From the NCBI RefSeq assembly GCF_021869535.1, contig NW_026262581.1, positions 114,700,001 through 114,764,000 on the forward strand: a stretch of DNA of 64,000 nucleotides, given 5' to 3'. This DNA comes from Mytilus californianus (taxonomy: Eukaryota). The notes below the pieces were generated by a model. That model had not been told where the DNA came from. It was given only the letters and a program-made list of their open reading frames with translations, and searched no databases. Made by a program: the position numbers and the translations under genes. Of this stretch, positions 47,871-59,751 are shown in pieces (the stretch's first letter is position 1; each line of letters begins with the position of its first letter).

Positions 47871-48447
47871 TTGTTGTACAAATGTAATAAACATTACAGA
47901 ATTTATATGGGTTTCGTCATTTCTCTCAAACTTCAGACCAACATACATTATAAGCTTTATAGGAAAACCACAACCACAATTGTTTTCAAATATTTCAATT
48001 TAGATTTGGAAAAGCTAATTTACGAATATATGTCTGGCTTTTTATTACTGCATCAGCTATCAAAAATTATCAATTGTATTCTAAAATCACTCGGGGAACT
48101 TGTAATGTAGTCTACACATTGGGGATGAATACCATTATATTATAAATTGTTCACATTTTTTAGAAGACATAAATACATTTAGTAAACAAAATTTCAATAG
48201 AAGTCCAAATATTATACTCTTTACTGAAATTGTGTCTTCTACAAATAAATTTATGTAAGTTTATTTGATTTAAAAAGAAGCGAGTGTGTCCTCCTGAATT
48301 AATTGTTTTTGTTGTTGTTGTATATATTGTATTTATGTTTATGTATCTAATATGATGTTATACATGTGTTTTCTGTACCTATGTATTTGGTGATGAGAAT
48401 AAAGATATAAAAAAAAAGAAAAGAACAAAAAAATGTTTTTTTGGGGT

Positions 48448-48925
48448 GATTTTTCAAGCCGGAGTTTTTTTATAGTATGGCAAAGAGGGCTTTTACACAA
48501 AACAAAACCTTACAGAATACTTGGTTACTTATTAAACTGGTTTAAAGTTATCTTTGCAATAAAAAAGAAATTGTCTTCCTTAATTTTCATTGTTTCAACT
48601 GGAGTTCCACAAGGATCAGAACTTGGTCCTTTGTGATTTATAATATATAAAAGATTGCATAGAAATTCACATCTTTGACCGGACTCTTCGTTCAGTTTCT
48701 TAATGGTACGATTGGGGACAGATATACATTGTTGTGGGTGGTCTTGACTTATAGAGAGAGCTGGACGAATTCTCAAGGAGTTGACTTATGTTGTGCTTCA
48801 ATCCAGGCAAAACAGAAATAATTATTTTATAATAACTGATACAGCAGATATTATTTCCGAAAATTATAAATAAATCCCTGTTACAAAATGTCACATACCT
48901 CTTGGGGTAATGTGCTCTGACGCTC
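48448..48925 (+). mobile_element. Decayed CR1-type RT fragment
   Basis: DFSSRSFFIVWQRGLLHK..ILGYLLNWFK..VSTGVPQGSELGPL*FIIYIKD and later FNPGKTE match the LINE RT pattern DFSKAFDKVWH.GLL.KL...LL.WF...GVPQGS.LGP.LF.IYIND. Confidence 0.75.
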
Positions 48926-49429
48926 AATGTTACAAAACATAAAAGTTTTTTTTAAAGAAAACGTAAGTAACGACTTTGCAGAGGGTATTATGAGGGGAAA
49001 AATAATTAGCTATTATAAAACGTATGGCATTATTTTCGAATATCGAAGTGAGATTTGGAACAATTGCTGGATACGGTATTGAAGGTTTGTAGAGAAAAAA
49101 AATGAAACAATCAATATTTGTAAAACAAAAAGACAAAATTTATTCTGAAAAAAAATGCAAACGCAGCCGATCTTTTTGTTTTGATCTGAACATTTAACTG
49201 ATAGGTTGTTTTAATGAAAAAAAAAAAAAAAAAACATAATTCATTAAATTAGTTTTTTTTACAAACTCGATCGATATCTAGTATGTTTGAATGTTCCCGC
49301 TAGAGACAATTTTAATAACATCAATACCTTTATTTAAAGTTAATTGCCATGAATGATTGCTAACACAGAATCTAAAATATCTGGAAGAATGAAATTTGCA
49401 GACAAAACACGTTCTTACACAATTGGATA

Positions 49430-50546
49430 AAACTATGAATTTTCTACCCCGAGAATAGATTTACCTTGGCTGTATTTGGAAAAAACTTTCTTAATGTTGG
49501 ATCTTCAATGCTCTTCAACTTCGTACTCTATGTGGCCTTTTAAACTTTTTTAGTTCGAACCTCACTGACGAGTCTTTTGTAGACGAAACGCGCAATTTTA
49601 ATCCTGGTATCTATGATGAGTGTATTTAGAACCACTGGGTCGGTGCCACTGCTGGAGGAGGTTTCCTTCAAAAGGTTATAACCAGCCCGGTAGTCAGCGC
49701 TTCTATATTTTCATGAATTGTCATTGATATGGTCATAATTATAAATAAACTCGTACTTTATTTGACCTTTTCAGCTTTTTTTATTCGAGCGTCACTGACG
49801 AGTCTTTTGTGGACTGAACTTCTGTCTGGCGTACAAAATTTTAATCATGGTATCTATGATTAGTTTATTAACAACCGCTGGGTAGATGCGGTATCACCAG
49901 CCCAGTAGTCAGTACTTCTGTGTTGACATGACTTAGCATTGATACGGTAATAATTATCAATTAACTGTTTCCAAATTTTGATTTTTTTTTATATAAGAAG
50001 GATTTTATACCCAAGGAATAGATTACTTAAGCTGTATTTGGCAAAACCTTTATAAATTTTGGTTCATCGATGCTCTTCAACTTCGTACTTTATTTGCCTT
50101 TTTAACCTTTTTGATTCGAGCGTCACTGACGAGTCTTTAGTAGAATAAACGCGCGTCAGGCGTACAAAATTTTAATCCTGGTATACGATGAGTTGATTTA
50201 CAATCACTTGGTCGATGACACTGCTGGTGGAGGTTTCCTCCCCGATTGTATCACCAGCACAGTAGTCATCACTTCTGTGTTGACATGAATTATCATTCAT
50301 GTGGTCGTAAATATAAATTAACTGCTTACAAAACTTGGATTTTTTCGATATACTAAGGATTTTCTACCCCAAGTATAGATAACCTTAGCTGTATTTGGCG
50401 GAACCTTTATGAATTTTGGGTCCTCAATGCTCTTCAACTTTCTGCTTTATTTGACCTTTTTAACTTTTTTTATTCGAGCGTCACTGACGAGTCTTTTGTA
50501 AAAGAAACGCGCGTTGGGCGTCCTGGTATTTATGATTGAGTTTATT
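49430..50546 (+). ncRNA. Tandem retrozyme-type array (about 4 units, full unit ~350 bp), each with a type I hammerhead ribozyme motif; all copies appear damaged
   Basis: CTGACGA cores at 49565, 49795, 50126 and 50484. The consensus GCGTCA-CTGACGA-GTC ttttgta GAC-GAAA-CGCGC-GTC^TGGCGT folds into a 6 bp stem I, a 3 bp stem II, a minimal palindromic stem III (ACGCGCGT) and a GUC cleavage triplet. Confidence 0.88.
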
Positions 50547-51392
50547 TGCGTTTAAGTAGTTAGTATAGATATTTGTAACGTCAACCAATTGAACAATTTT
50601 CTAAATGAAAAGAACACTTTTTAAGTTTCGTGCGTGCGCAGCGCATTTTTCGTTAGGAAAGTTGGGCAAAATTACTTTTCAGAAAGGCATACAAAATACA
50701 TTTGCAAAAACGTGTGTTTTCCTTTTAAAAGTTAATGGGCCAACAACCTGCACAATCTAAACTATATCTGTTTCAGTTTGAGCCACGTGTTTTACTGAAT
50801 ATTTGGCAGATTCGTTCTTTTAGTTTTATAATATTAGTAAAATAACTTCGAGTCTTTTATTTAAAAGAGGCAGAAGATATCAAGGGTACATTCAAAACGC
50901 ACAAGTCGACGAAACTAACAAAAACCGTGGCAGAAAACAAAAGACGACAACAAGACAGACAAGTCCTCAAAACGCTATTAAGAAAACTTGAAACTGAGCA
51001 ACACGAACTTCACAACAAAACCTGGGGTGATCTTAGGGTTAAAGAAGGGTAAGCAGATCCTGCTCCACTAGTTGCACCATTAATGTTGCTCATAATACTT
51101 AATATGACATATTAGAGAGAAATAGCCCTCGAACCTCGTATGTAATACTTTAATATAATCTATCAGAGAAATAGCTTCGGCACTTCCTGTACATTATTTG
51201 ATTATAGACGTTGTTAAAATGTGTATTTTAAGATATCGTTATCGAAAAAAATAATCAGTGTAAACTTTAAAATGCATCCTTATATAGATATGAATTCAAC
51301 CAAAGTCATAAATATCTACGTCCTGTTTCCTTACTTCCTTCATTGTATTTATGAAGATGCAAATAATGCAAAATGAACAGAGTGATAGAACA

Positions 51393-53921
51393 ATGGATAT
51401 ATGTACGTTAATATGTATTCATATTGTATTTTTCAATGTTATCAATTGTAATCCATGTCAAATGAGAGGAACAATAGCTAATTGCAGAGACAGAGGCCTT
51501 ACGAAAGTACCAGATGATCTGCCTATTGGTATTACAACTTTAAACTTAATACAGAACAGAATCGCAGAATTACCAAACTATGCTTTCAGTCGTTACAAGC
51601 ATTTGAAAGAATTACAACTTGATAAAACAGGGCTCACGTTAATCCAAAAGGATGCTTTCTATGGAATGAAACAACTGAGCAATTTATCACTTTCAAAAAA
51701 CAAAATGGATTTGTCAAATTCAAGTTCAGCTGATATTTTTAAACCACTAACATCACTGCTAGAGCTTGACATAAGTGAAAATGACAATATCCCGGAGGTA
51801 GCATCACTTTCGTATCCATTCTTTGGCTACATGAAAAAACTAAGCAAGTTGTCAATGGATCTTTTATCTGAGCGTGTATTTGAACAATGTGGTTTTGGAG
51901 AACTTGTTAATTTGAAGGAAATTTACTTTAACAGGTGTTATATAGATCATTTGACCAACAAAACATTTTTAAATCTGACGTCCACTTTAGAGGAAGTACA
52001 TTTTTACAATTCCAAACACATTACTGACATAGAATCAAATACCTTAAGACTTTTAGTTAACCTAAAGGTTCTACGTTTATACAAGTTTTGTTCAAGGTTA
52101 GATTTAGCTTTAAAACTTTTGTACCCATATGAAAACAAATCAATTTCAATAATTGAATTCACAGAAGTTAATCCGGGAATTTGCGATGGCCCTCTTCATT
52201 TTCCAAGTGCTGTCATAGTTACTCAAGAAATGTTCAAACATTTACAAAAAATATGTATTAAAGAACTAATTTTGATGGAAGATGGAATTGTAGACTTTGA
52301 ACCAAAGTCCATTCTGTGGTATGAATTTCCGGAATGTTTTGAAAGCATTATTTTGTCGAAGAATCGCTTTCCAGTCGCAAATGGATTTAAAACAGCCGAA
52401 CTACTCATGCTAACTCGTAAGTTAGTTAACCTCAAATATTTTGATTTGTCGTACAATCCATTGTCCTATGATAATACAGAATCGTTTACGTTCAATGTGA
52501 CTGACAGTTGCTACACAACGAACCATGAACATGCAGAAAAACTGAATAATGACTCGAATATTCGTAACAGAACAATCTATATATCTTTACCTCCTAAGTT
52601 AGAAAAACTTAGACTATCAAATTTTCTACAGAAAATAGTAAACAATAATTTAACAGTTGGCATACAAAATTCGTCAAACCTGAAATATTTAGACCTGTCT
52701 TACTTTTTGTACAATTCCATTCCGGACTTAATGTTCCTACATCACAGTAACGTCGTATTTGTTAACCTTACTGGAATCGATTCACGATTGTTTGTAAGCA
52801 GAAAACACCAACCATTACTTGAAAGTGCCAGGACAGTTATACTAAAACAAACACTTCTAGGCAGAACAATATACAAATCTGGGGAATCTACATTTCAGGC
52901 AATACCAAACGTTACAACATTAGACATCTCGTCAAATAACATTTGGTATATTCCTATAAAAGCCTTTTCTGCAAATAAACAATTATCTGAGCTTATTATG
53001 GCATATAATTTATTTGCTGAAATTCCAATATCTCTGATGTCATTATCAAAATTAAAACATCTTCACATGGAATATAACATGCTTCAAACTATTAATCAAA
53101 CAATGAGAACCTGGTTAGAAAATCAAAGAATACGAAACAACGGGAATTTTGTTCTCGGACTTACGGGAAATGTTTTCAAGTGTGATTGTGACACCTCCGA
53201 TTTTATCCGGTGGATGTTTGAGACTAATGTTGAGTTTGATAACAAAAAGAAAAAGTACAAATGTAGATTGAAAAACGGAACGATATCAACTACAGTTCGT
53301 GTTCACAACGAATTTCATCAGCTTTTCAGTAACTGCGGAAGTCAGTATTGGCTTCTGGTAGGAATTGTTTTACTTTCCGTATTTACTGTGTTGACCATTC
53401 CAGTTGCCATTATTATAAATTTTAGATGGAGAATAGTTTACTGGATTTATCGAGAATTCAAGACAGTCGTCCAAAAAAGATTGAAACAAGATTTTTGCTA
53501 CGAAGTTTACATATCATACGCACGAGATAGTGGTACCTGGGTGAAGGATTCACTGGTTCCCAAAATAGAAAATTGTTGGAAAATGACTGTCTGTGTAGAA
53601 GATCGTGACATTCTTGCTGGTGGAAGTTTCGCCGAAGCAATTGCAATATCTATCGAAAAAAGTCGAAACGTCATTTTTGTTATTTCTGATGGTTTTAAAG
53701 AAAGAACGTGGACAAGTTATGAAATCGAAAGAGCAAAATACGAAAAGTATACGGGACATCTTCACCATATAATTATCATAACAAAAAAGGTTTCAGTGGA
53801 TAAAATTCCCACCGAATTTGGACGGTTTTGGAAAGATGTAATGTTCATTGAATGGCCAGAAGAGGATTCTGATTTTGGATGGGATAAATTAAAAATAGCT
53901 CTGTTTCAACAGGACAAATGA
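51393..53921 (+). CDS. TLR: Toll-like receptor, single exon, single-cysteine-cluster type (signal peptide, LRRNT, LRRs, LRRCT, TM, TIR)
   Basis: The ORF opens at 51351; Met 51393 begins a hydrophobic signal (MDICTLICIHIVFFNVINC). LRRNT CQMRGTIANC; many LxxLxLxxN repeats; LRRCT NVFKCDCDTSDFIRW..YKC..C; TM YWLLVGIVLLSVFTVLTIPVAIII; TIR YEVYISYA, EDRDILAGG and GWDKLKIAL. The specific ortholog cannot be assigned. Confidence 0.96.
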   Translation: MDICTLICIHIVFFNVINCNPCQMRGTIANCRDRGLTKVPDDLPIGITTLNLIQNRIAELPNYAFSRYKHLKELQLDKTGLTLIQKDAFYGMKQLSNLSLSKNKMDLSNSSSADIFKPLTSLLELDISENDNIPEVASLSYPFFGYMKKLSKLSMDLLSERVFEQCGFGELVNLKEIYFNRCYIDHLTNKTFLNLTSTLEEVHFYNSKHITDIESNTLRLLVNLKVLRLYKFCSRLDLALKLLYPYENKSISIIEFTEVNPGICDGPLHFPSAVIVTQEMFKHLQKICIKELILMEDGIVDFEPKSILWYEFPECFESIILSKNRFPVANGFKTAELLMLTRKLVNLKYFDLSYNPLSYDNTESFTFNVTDSCYTTNHEHAEKLNNDSNIRNRTIYISLPPKLEKLRLSNFLQKIVNNNLTVGIQNSSNLKYLDLSYFLYNSIPDLMFLHHSNVVFVNLTGIDSRLFVSRKHQPLLESARTVILKQTLLGRTIYKSGESTFQAIPNVTTLDISSNNIWYIPIKAFSANKQLSELIMAYNLFAEIPISLMSLSKLKHLHMEYNMLQTINQTMRTWLENQRIRNNGNFVLGLTGNVFKCDCDTSDFIRWMFETNVEFDNKKKKYKCRLKNGTISTTVRVHNEFHQLFSNCGSQYWLLVGIVLLSVFTVLTIPVAIIINFRWRIVYWIYREFKTVVQKRLKQDFCYEVYISYARDSGTWVKDSLVPKIENCWKMTVCVEDRDILAGGSFAEAIAISIEKSRNVIFVISDGFKERTWTSYEIERAKYEKYTGHLHHIIIITKKVSVDKIPTEFGRFWKDVMFIEWPEEDSDFGWDKLKIALFQQDK

Positions 53922-54645
53922 TGAACATACACTAGTTGTATAATGTTTGCCTACTGCATGCGAATAATTTTTTTTCTGTAAAAAAGACAAATTTATTAAC
54001 TTTATATGCTAAAATGCTAAAATTTATAATGTATTTCAAGGTTAAATGAATTCATAGTTTTTTAAGAGTCTCGAGCTTGAATAAATGTCAAAATGTCGTC
54101 CGTGAGATCTTCTCAAGAAATCAATTTGTTTGGACAGCAATACAATTTTATACTCGAATTTTTTTGTAAGTCTAGGTTAGTCTATGAAAAGGTATATACT
54201 ATGCAATTTAGAGCGAGGGGCTTGCCCCGAGCTCTTCATTTCATAGTATATACCTTTTCATAGACTATCCAATTTCGAGTAATCTTTTAATTGGTCTATT
54301 GATAGTTTATTTTGGCTGACTACTTGTATCACAGGTGTTTGTAAAACGGAGCTCATTAACGAAGTTTTGTAAATCTACTCCCTAGTATCATTGTAAAATA
54401 TGTTATTTCAAAAGGCCCTTGACTCCAGAATGAAAAGATGGTAGCTGCTGGTGTGAGTATGTTTATTGGTATAAAGCAGTGTTTTTACTATACATGTACT
54501 TCTTTACATGGTAAGATGACAAAATAAATTGACCAAAAGCAGGCAATGATTAAATTGCAGTGGAAGCTTTACATGTCTTGAAAACATTTTTCAATTGCAC
54601 AGTAAAACTTAAGCTATAATTAATTTGAAATATATAGATAGTTTG

Positions 54646-54792
54646 CAGTGACGGACCCAGGTTTGCTGGGGGTCCGGGGGTTGGAAAACCCTCATTTTCG
54701 GGCGATCAATGCTTTTGAATGCAAATATGGTTGGACCCCCCTTTTTTTCCTGGGTTGGAACCCCCTTAAAAAAATGGCTGGATCCGCCCCTG
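54646..54792. mobile_element. Short MITE, same family as 12660-12822
   Basis: CAGTGACGGACCC ... GGATCCGCCCCTG termini with a shared internal GATCAATGC.TTTGAATG block. Confidence 0.7.
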
Positions 54793-55759
54793 GTATGTCC
54801 CATGGATAGTCTGCGGATAGTCATTAGAAACCAACTACCAATAGATCAAAGATACTAGGGTTAATGTTTTTTTTATTTCAAAGTAAAAACTAATAGATGT
54901 ATCAGAACATGTATATACATATATATATATATTATATATATATATATAGGTGGCACATTCTCTTCAGACATTATTACGGTTTTGCAATTCATGACATCGT
55001 CCTGAACATGCATGAAACATTTGCCACTGGACATTAAGCAACCAATAATCAATCAATCAATCAATTCATGACGAAATAGATCAAGTTGCCTTAATTTTCC
55101 TTCACAAGGCTTCATAGTACACACCTTTTTGTGTACAAAGTAATTGCATGGGTGATAAATTATCACAATTTTAAGATGGCGTTGTACTCTAATCAAGGTA
55201 TAAAGAACCATATTTGTGACTCTTTATTTAAATGAAAGAAACTTGCAATCGTCAAAAACATTTTTTAGATCCAAAGATTTTAATAGCAGAATATTTAAAA
55301 ATCAATGTGAAAACTATATTACAAACTATTTAATTTAATATGGAACACAGCATTTTATTTCAAAATAATCTTGATTACGATACAATGAAATCTTACCCTT
55401 GTGGTCATTCGTGCGTAGTTACTTAGTTCACGGAAAAAGTATGTACTATGAAAATTAGAAGGCAAATTCTAGCAATTTGATTGGACGAGAAGTTGTAAGT
55501 ATGTGCTAAATTGGAATATAAAATGTGTATAAGATACATCTTGAGGGCGTTAGACCGAAATGGTATATCTAATGTACACCAAGATATTATTGTCAATGCA
55601 GAATGATTGTTTTCAATAATTTAGGAGGGGGTCTTGGCATGATAAATGCAGGGTATCCAATTTCATTTAACGACATCTTGGTGTAAATATATATATAACA
55701 TCTCATATATATATTTAGAAATTTCCAATTTACAAAATATAAAAAAGAACAAAAATACT

Positions 55760-56044
55760 TTTTATGTCCCACCTACGATAGAATAGGGGCATTATGTTTT
55801 TCGGTCTGTGCGTCCGTTCGTCCGTTCGTTCGTCTGTCCCGCTTCGGGTTAAATTTTTTGGTCAAGGTAGTTTTTGATGAAGTTGAAGTCCAATCAACCT
55901 GAAACTTGGTACACATGTTCCCTATGATATGATCTTTCTAATTTTAATGCCAAATTAGAGTTTTGACCCCAATTTCAAGGTCCACTGAACATAGAAAATG
56001 ATAGTGCGAGTGGGGCATCCGTGTACTATGGACACATTCTTGTT
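55760..56044 (-). mobile_element. Short pearl/MgE-like HINE
   Basis: TTTTATGTCCCACCTACGATAGAATAGGGGCAT hairpin end, (CGTC/CGTT)n microsatellite, one core unit (GAAACTTGGTACACATGTTCCC), and GGGGCATCCGTGTACTATGGACACATTCTTGTT at the other end. Confidence 0.75.
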
Positions 56045-56715
56045 TCGAATTGCTTTTGTACATACTTTCTTTTTAAAGGTCTATCAGAACTAACACGATT
56101 CTCTATTTTGATACCTCCTTAATATTTTTAGCTGATTCGAGCCAAAGGGCCCGTTTTTAATCACTTTGGCGTCTGTCGTCCGATCATCCATTGCTAAACA
56201 TTAATTTCTAACCCCCTCAAGCGCCACCGAGTCAGTTGAAAGTAAAATTTTGGTTCAACTTTGACTGATTTCAATGACCAACCAACATAATGTATATCCA
56301 CATGGGATAACATGTAAATATCTTGTTCTTGAAAATAGATTCACGAATGTATTATTTTCTAAGATGTATGACGATATTATTCCTCACAAATTGTGTTTCC
56401 AAAGATTTAACAGTTGAAGTCATCTTACAGGCCAACATACCACACATACCTCCCATTTGTCATTTGCTTCAGAGCTACTATGAAAAAATCTTTTCTAGAT
56501 TTGGACATGAAACAAACCCAAAGATCTGTCAGAATACATTCAATCTAAGTCTCCTTTCTCTTGCTATAGTATATAAAAACATTTGACTTCTCTACCCTTT
56601 ACACTATTATTTCGCATTCTAAACTTAAAGACAGATTTAAAAAAATAGTCCAACTTAGTTTCATAAAAAAGAATGACCTACGCTTTATAAAGGGAAAAAT
56701 CATATGTTGTAAAAA

Positions 56716-57021
56716 CAGACAATCGACATGCCTATTGAAACCTATTGTAATCCTATTCTTGTCGACTTGTTTCTGTACTCATATGAGACAGACTTCATAC
56801 AGGAGCTTACCCAGGAATAATGGAAAAGGCTAGCATTAATCTTTAACTTCACGTTCGGCTATATAAAGTATGTCCTCTCACTAAATAATTCAAAATTTGG
56901 TGACCATATTGAACTCTTCTATCCCATCGAACTTGATTTAAAGGATACCACAGATACAGGTAGGTCTGCCTCATATCTTGAGAAATATCTAGAAATGGAC
57001 AATGAGGGTAGGTTCAGAACT
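56716..57021 (+). mobile_element. Penelope-like (Naiad-type) RT relic
   Basis: QTIDMPIETYCNPILVDLFLYSYETDFIQEL..*..FNFTFGYIKYVLSLNNSKFGDHIELFYPIELDLKDTTDTGRSASYLE is a decayed version of GIPMGTNCAP.LADLFLYSYE / FRYIDDVLSLNN / YP.ELE.KDTT; the catalytic DD is lost. Confidence 0.75.
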
Positions 57022-58285
57022 GAACATCTTTTCAAACACATTGGCTTCTATTAGATTGAATTTGTGTTAAAAAAGGCAGAAGTTTGAGATCGCTTAAACA
57101 TAGTAAAAAGTCAGTTTTTTAATCAATATAAAATTGACATATTCTACAGCTCTTTTTATAAAACTTTGACGTATTCATCTCATCTTTGATGCAAAATGTT
57201 ATTGTGTGGAGAAACTATCGGCAGAGCTAATATTCTATCAATCTATGTCCATAGGCGGGCCAAAAATAGCTTAGGACATGCGAAATGAATGATATAAGAT
57301 GACTTTATCTTTTTATTCTGTTGGAAGAAAAAATAATCCAACGAGGGCATGATTTTGCTTAAAAATAAGATCACAGGTATCAAAACAATATAAAAACAAG
57401 GATATTTGGTATTATTGCCAATGAAATAACTATCTGTCAGAGACAAAAGAATGAAATTGGTGTCTTGACAGATCCGAAAAGTGTTCACACGTTACAACTA
57501 ACCACTTCTAAGCTGCTGACTTAATATAAAAATAATATCTTCAGTAGCTCATGAGAAGAGTGACGGAAATATTTGTTAGACGAACAGATGGAGGGACAAA
57601 CGAGCAGGCGAAAAGACAGACAAGGTTGATGCAATATAGCCCACTCGTAATGTGTGTGTAAAATAAATGAAAATCAGTTATCCCATATTGCAACGACACT
57701 CACTTGGTAACAAGCTCCTGACTTGGAACAGGCACATAAATAATCTGGCAGGGTTAATCATGATGTGGTCGCACAACCTTCACCAAACCTGGGACAATGA
57801 TATAACAGCACACCACGAGAACACACTGTAAAAATCAGTTGGAAAGTGTCTGACTTATCAGATCGGTACAAACGACAAAACAAATACAACCAAAAAACAA
57901 GTAAAAAAAAGACACGGGACACAACATATCGATTTAAGAGTACACACTGTTATTGAAATTTACTTTTAATTTGCTTTCATTGAAATCTATACGTCGCTAC
58001 AGATACGGACAAAGCGAGCGAGTTGGGGAATATTCACACTATAATAAGAGCCAAATGACAATAACCTGGAAATTAATTTCTGCAATATTTTTTAAGTAAA
58101 TAGCACTTATGGCATGGTTTGAATATACATTTGGATATATTGTCAGGTTTTATAATCTGTATTTTTAACGTAAACTTTGACCTTCAAAAAAATTGTTTTT
58201 GAATTTTCATGGTTTTCAAAAAGGTTGGTTTATTTGACTTTGAGCCTAAGCGAACGAAAAAGGAGTCGTTTATCCATTCCTGAAA

Positions 58286-58692
58286 TCACAAGAACATACA
58301 GGCCTTATATACAGGACTGAACTCCAATGGGTAATTACAGTCGTGTACTGTCGCAACATTGTTAATACACGTAATGTATCTTCTTGTTATGCCTTCGTCT
58401 GGATAATAACCATCACCTAAGCTTACACAGTCTATCAATCTGCCACCCTCAGGTTTTGGTATTTGGTATTGACTGGTACAAGTCCCTTTATAAAAGTACT
58501 TTTTAACCCCATATTGGTCTTCTCCACACTGATATATACCCATCATTCTTTCCATAAAACATTTGATGTAATTAGGTGTCATTTGTTTATTTGGGTGCTC
58601 GTATAAACCATCATCTTTATTTCGGCAGCTAGGATAAGCAATCGTGCACGGTTCTGAGTGACCGGGAACTGGTTTGTTTCTTGAATAATCAC
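58286..58692 (-). CDS. EGF plus chitin-binding peritrophin-A (CBM14) protein, last exon
   Basis: Acceptor TTCATTCCAG|GT at 58693/58692 (phase 1). Encodes ...PSCRNKDDGLY..YIKC..C..C and CVSLGDGYYPDEG..YITC..HDC..EFSPVYKAC (CBM14-like) to TGA at 58286. Confidence 0.85.
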
Positions 58693-59308
58693 CTGGAATG
58701 AAAGAAAATATAAACACAAAAAAACTTCTTAGTATTTCATTGTCTTTCTCTTTCTCTTATTTGTTATATTATGGTAATGTGAACTTGTGATAGCAATGTT
58801 AGTATGTGCGATTCGTACGATTTTCCAATGTTTAGAGACGGAGTTGGTGATCGTTACTTTGTATCATACAAACTTTGACTGACAACAAAATAGCTGATCT
58901 ATAGACATGCCACTATATGCCATGTACAGTGTTACATAATAGCTTAAACTGACGAGGAAAGGCATCGACTAACGAATGCTATAATGTTTTTTTATCTGAG
59001 TTTGCTGAGTGGTCTTGGGTGCTGGAAATAGGGCAGACGGAGTTGCCACGATGTCCAAGAAGCATTGGTTCAAATTTCTTCGAGAGAAGGACAAATATTT
59101 GCAACTGCATTTGCAGATTTAACATATTTTTGGGGACTAAATTTTAGACAAAGAATTTATCCGATGCATATATCTCATTTCCTTAAAATGTTGTGTTTAA
59201 CGGATTGCTTTTGATTAATCAGGACAAATCAGCACAAGCCTATACTTACATACAAACAGACTTAAAGCAAAACTATTAATCCTATAGAATCAATGAAAAC
59301 AAACTTAC

Positions 59309-59542
59309 AGCCATCGACCAACACTTTTCTGCTTCCGCAATTCACATTAGTAAAGTTGTCACACTTGTTAGTGATATCGTTAAACATCTGAGGATAAATG
59401 CATTCGTCTAAATGTTGCTTAAAATGTAGCGGAACATATATAGTATATACTAAACTACAATCGTAAAACCTTTGACATTCCTCTGCATCGGCAATCAAAG
59501 ATGACGACGACGTCTGACATTGGTCAGTTATAGCAGACGATG
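59309..59542 (-). CDS. EGF plus CBM14 protein, internal exon (CBM14 domain)
   Basis: Acceptor TTCTTTTACAG|C and donor T|GTAAGT; 234 nt, phase 1-1. CQ..IADAEECQRFYDC..DECIYPQMFNDITNKCDNFTNVNC has the 6-Cys CBM14 pattern. Confidence 0.87.
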
Positions 59543-59751
59543 CTGTAAAAGAAATTTAAAGTTAAAATAGAGACACCTACATGTTTTATCTTTTGTGCAT
59601 TCTCTCTGAAATAATGTTCTATCTTTCGTCAGTGGAAATATACTTCACCAGAAAGAGTTGAAAGAATTTGACATATCTGCAGACAACAAATAACATTAGT
59701 TTTTACTTGCAAAGACACTGACTATACATGTATATATATTTTTATATATTT

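Noticed and set aside
59649-59676. Extra mini-exon between the EGF and CBM14 exons (good acceptor TTGTTGTCTGCAG)
   Set aside because: The only nearby donor gives a 28 nt, phase-breaking exon, and read-through meets TGA.
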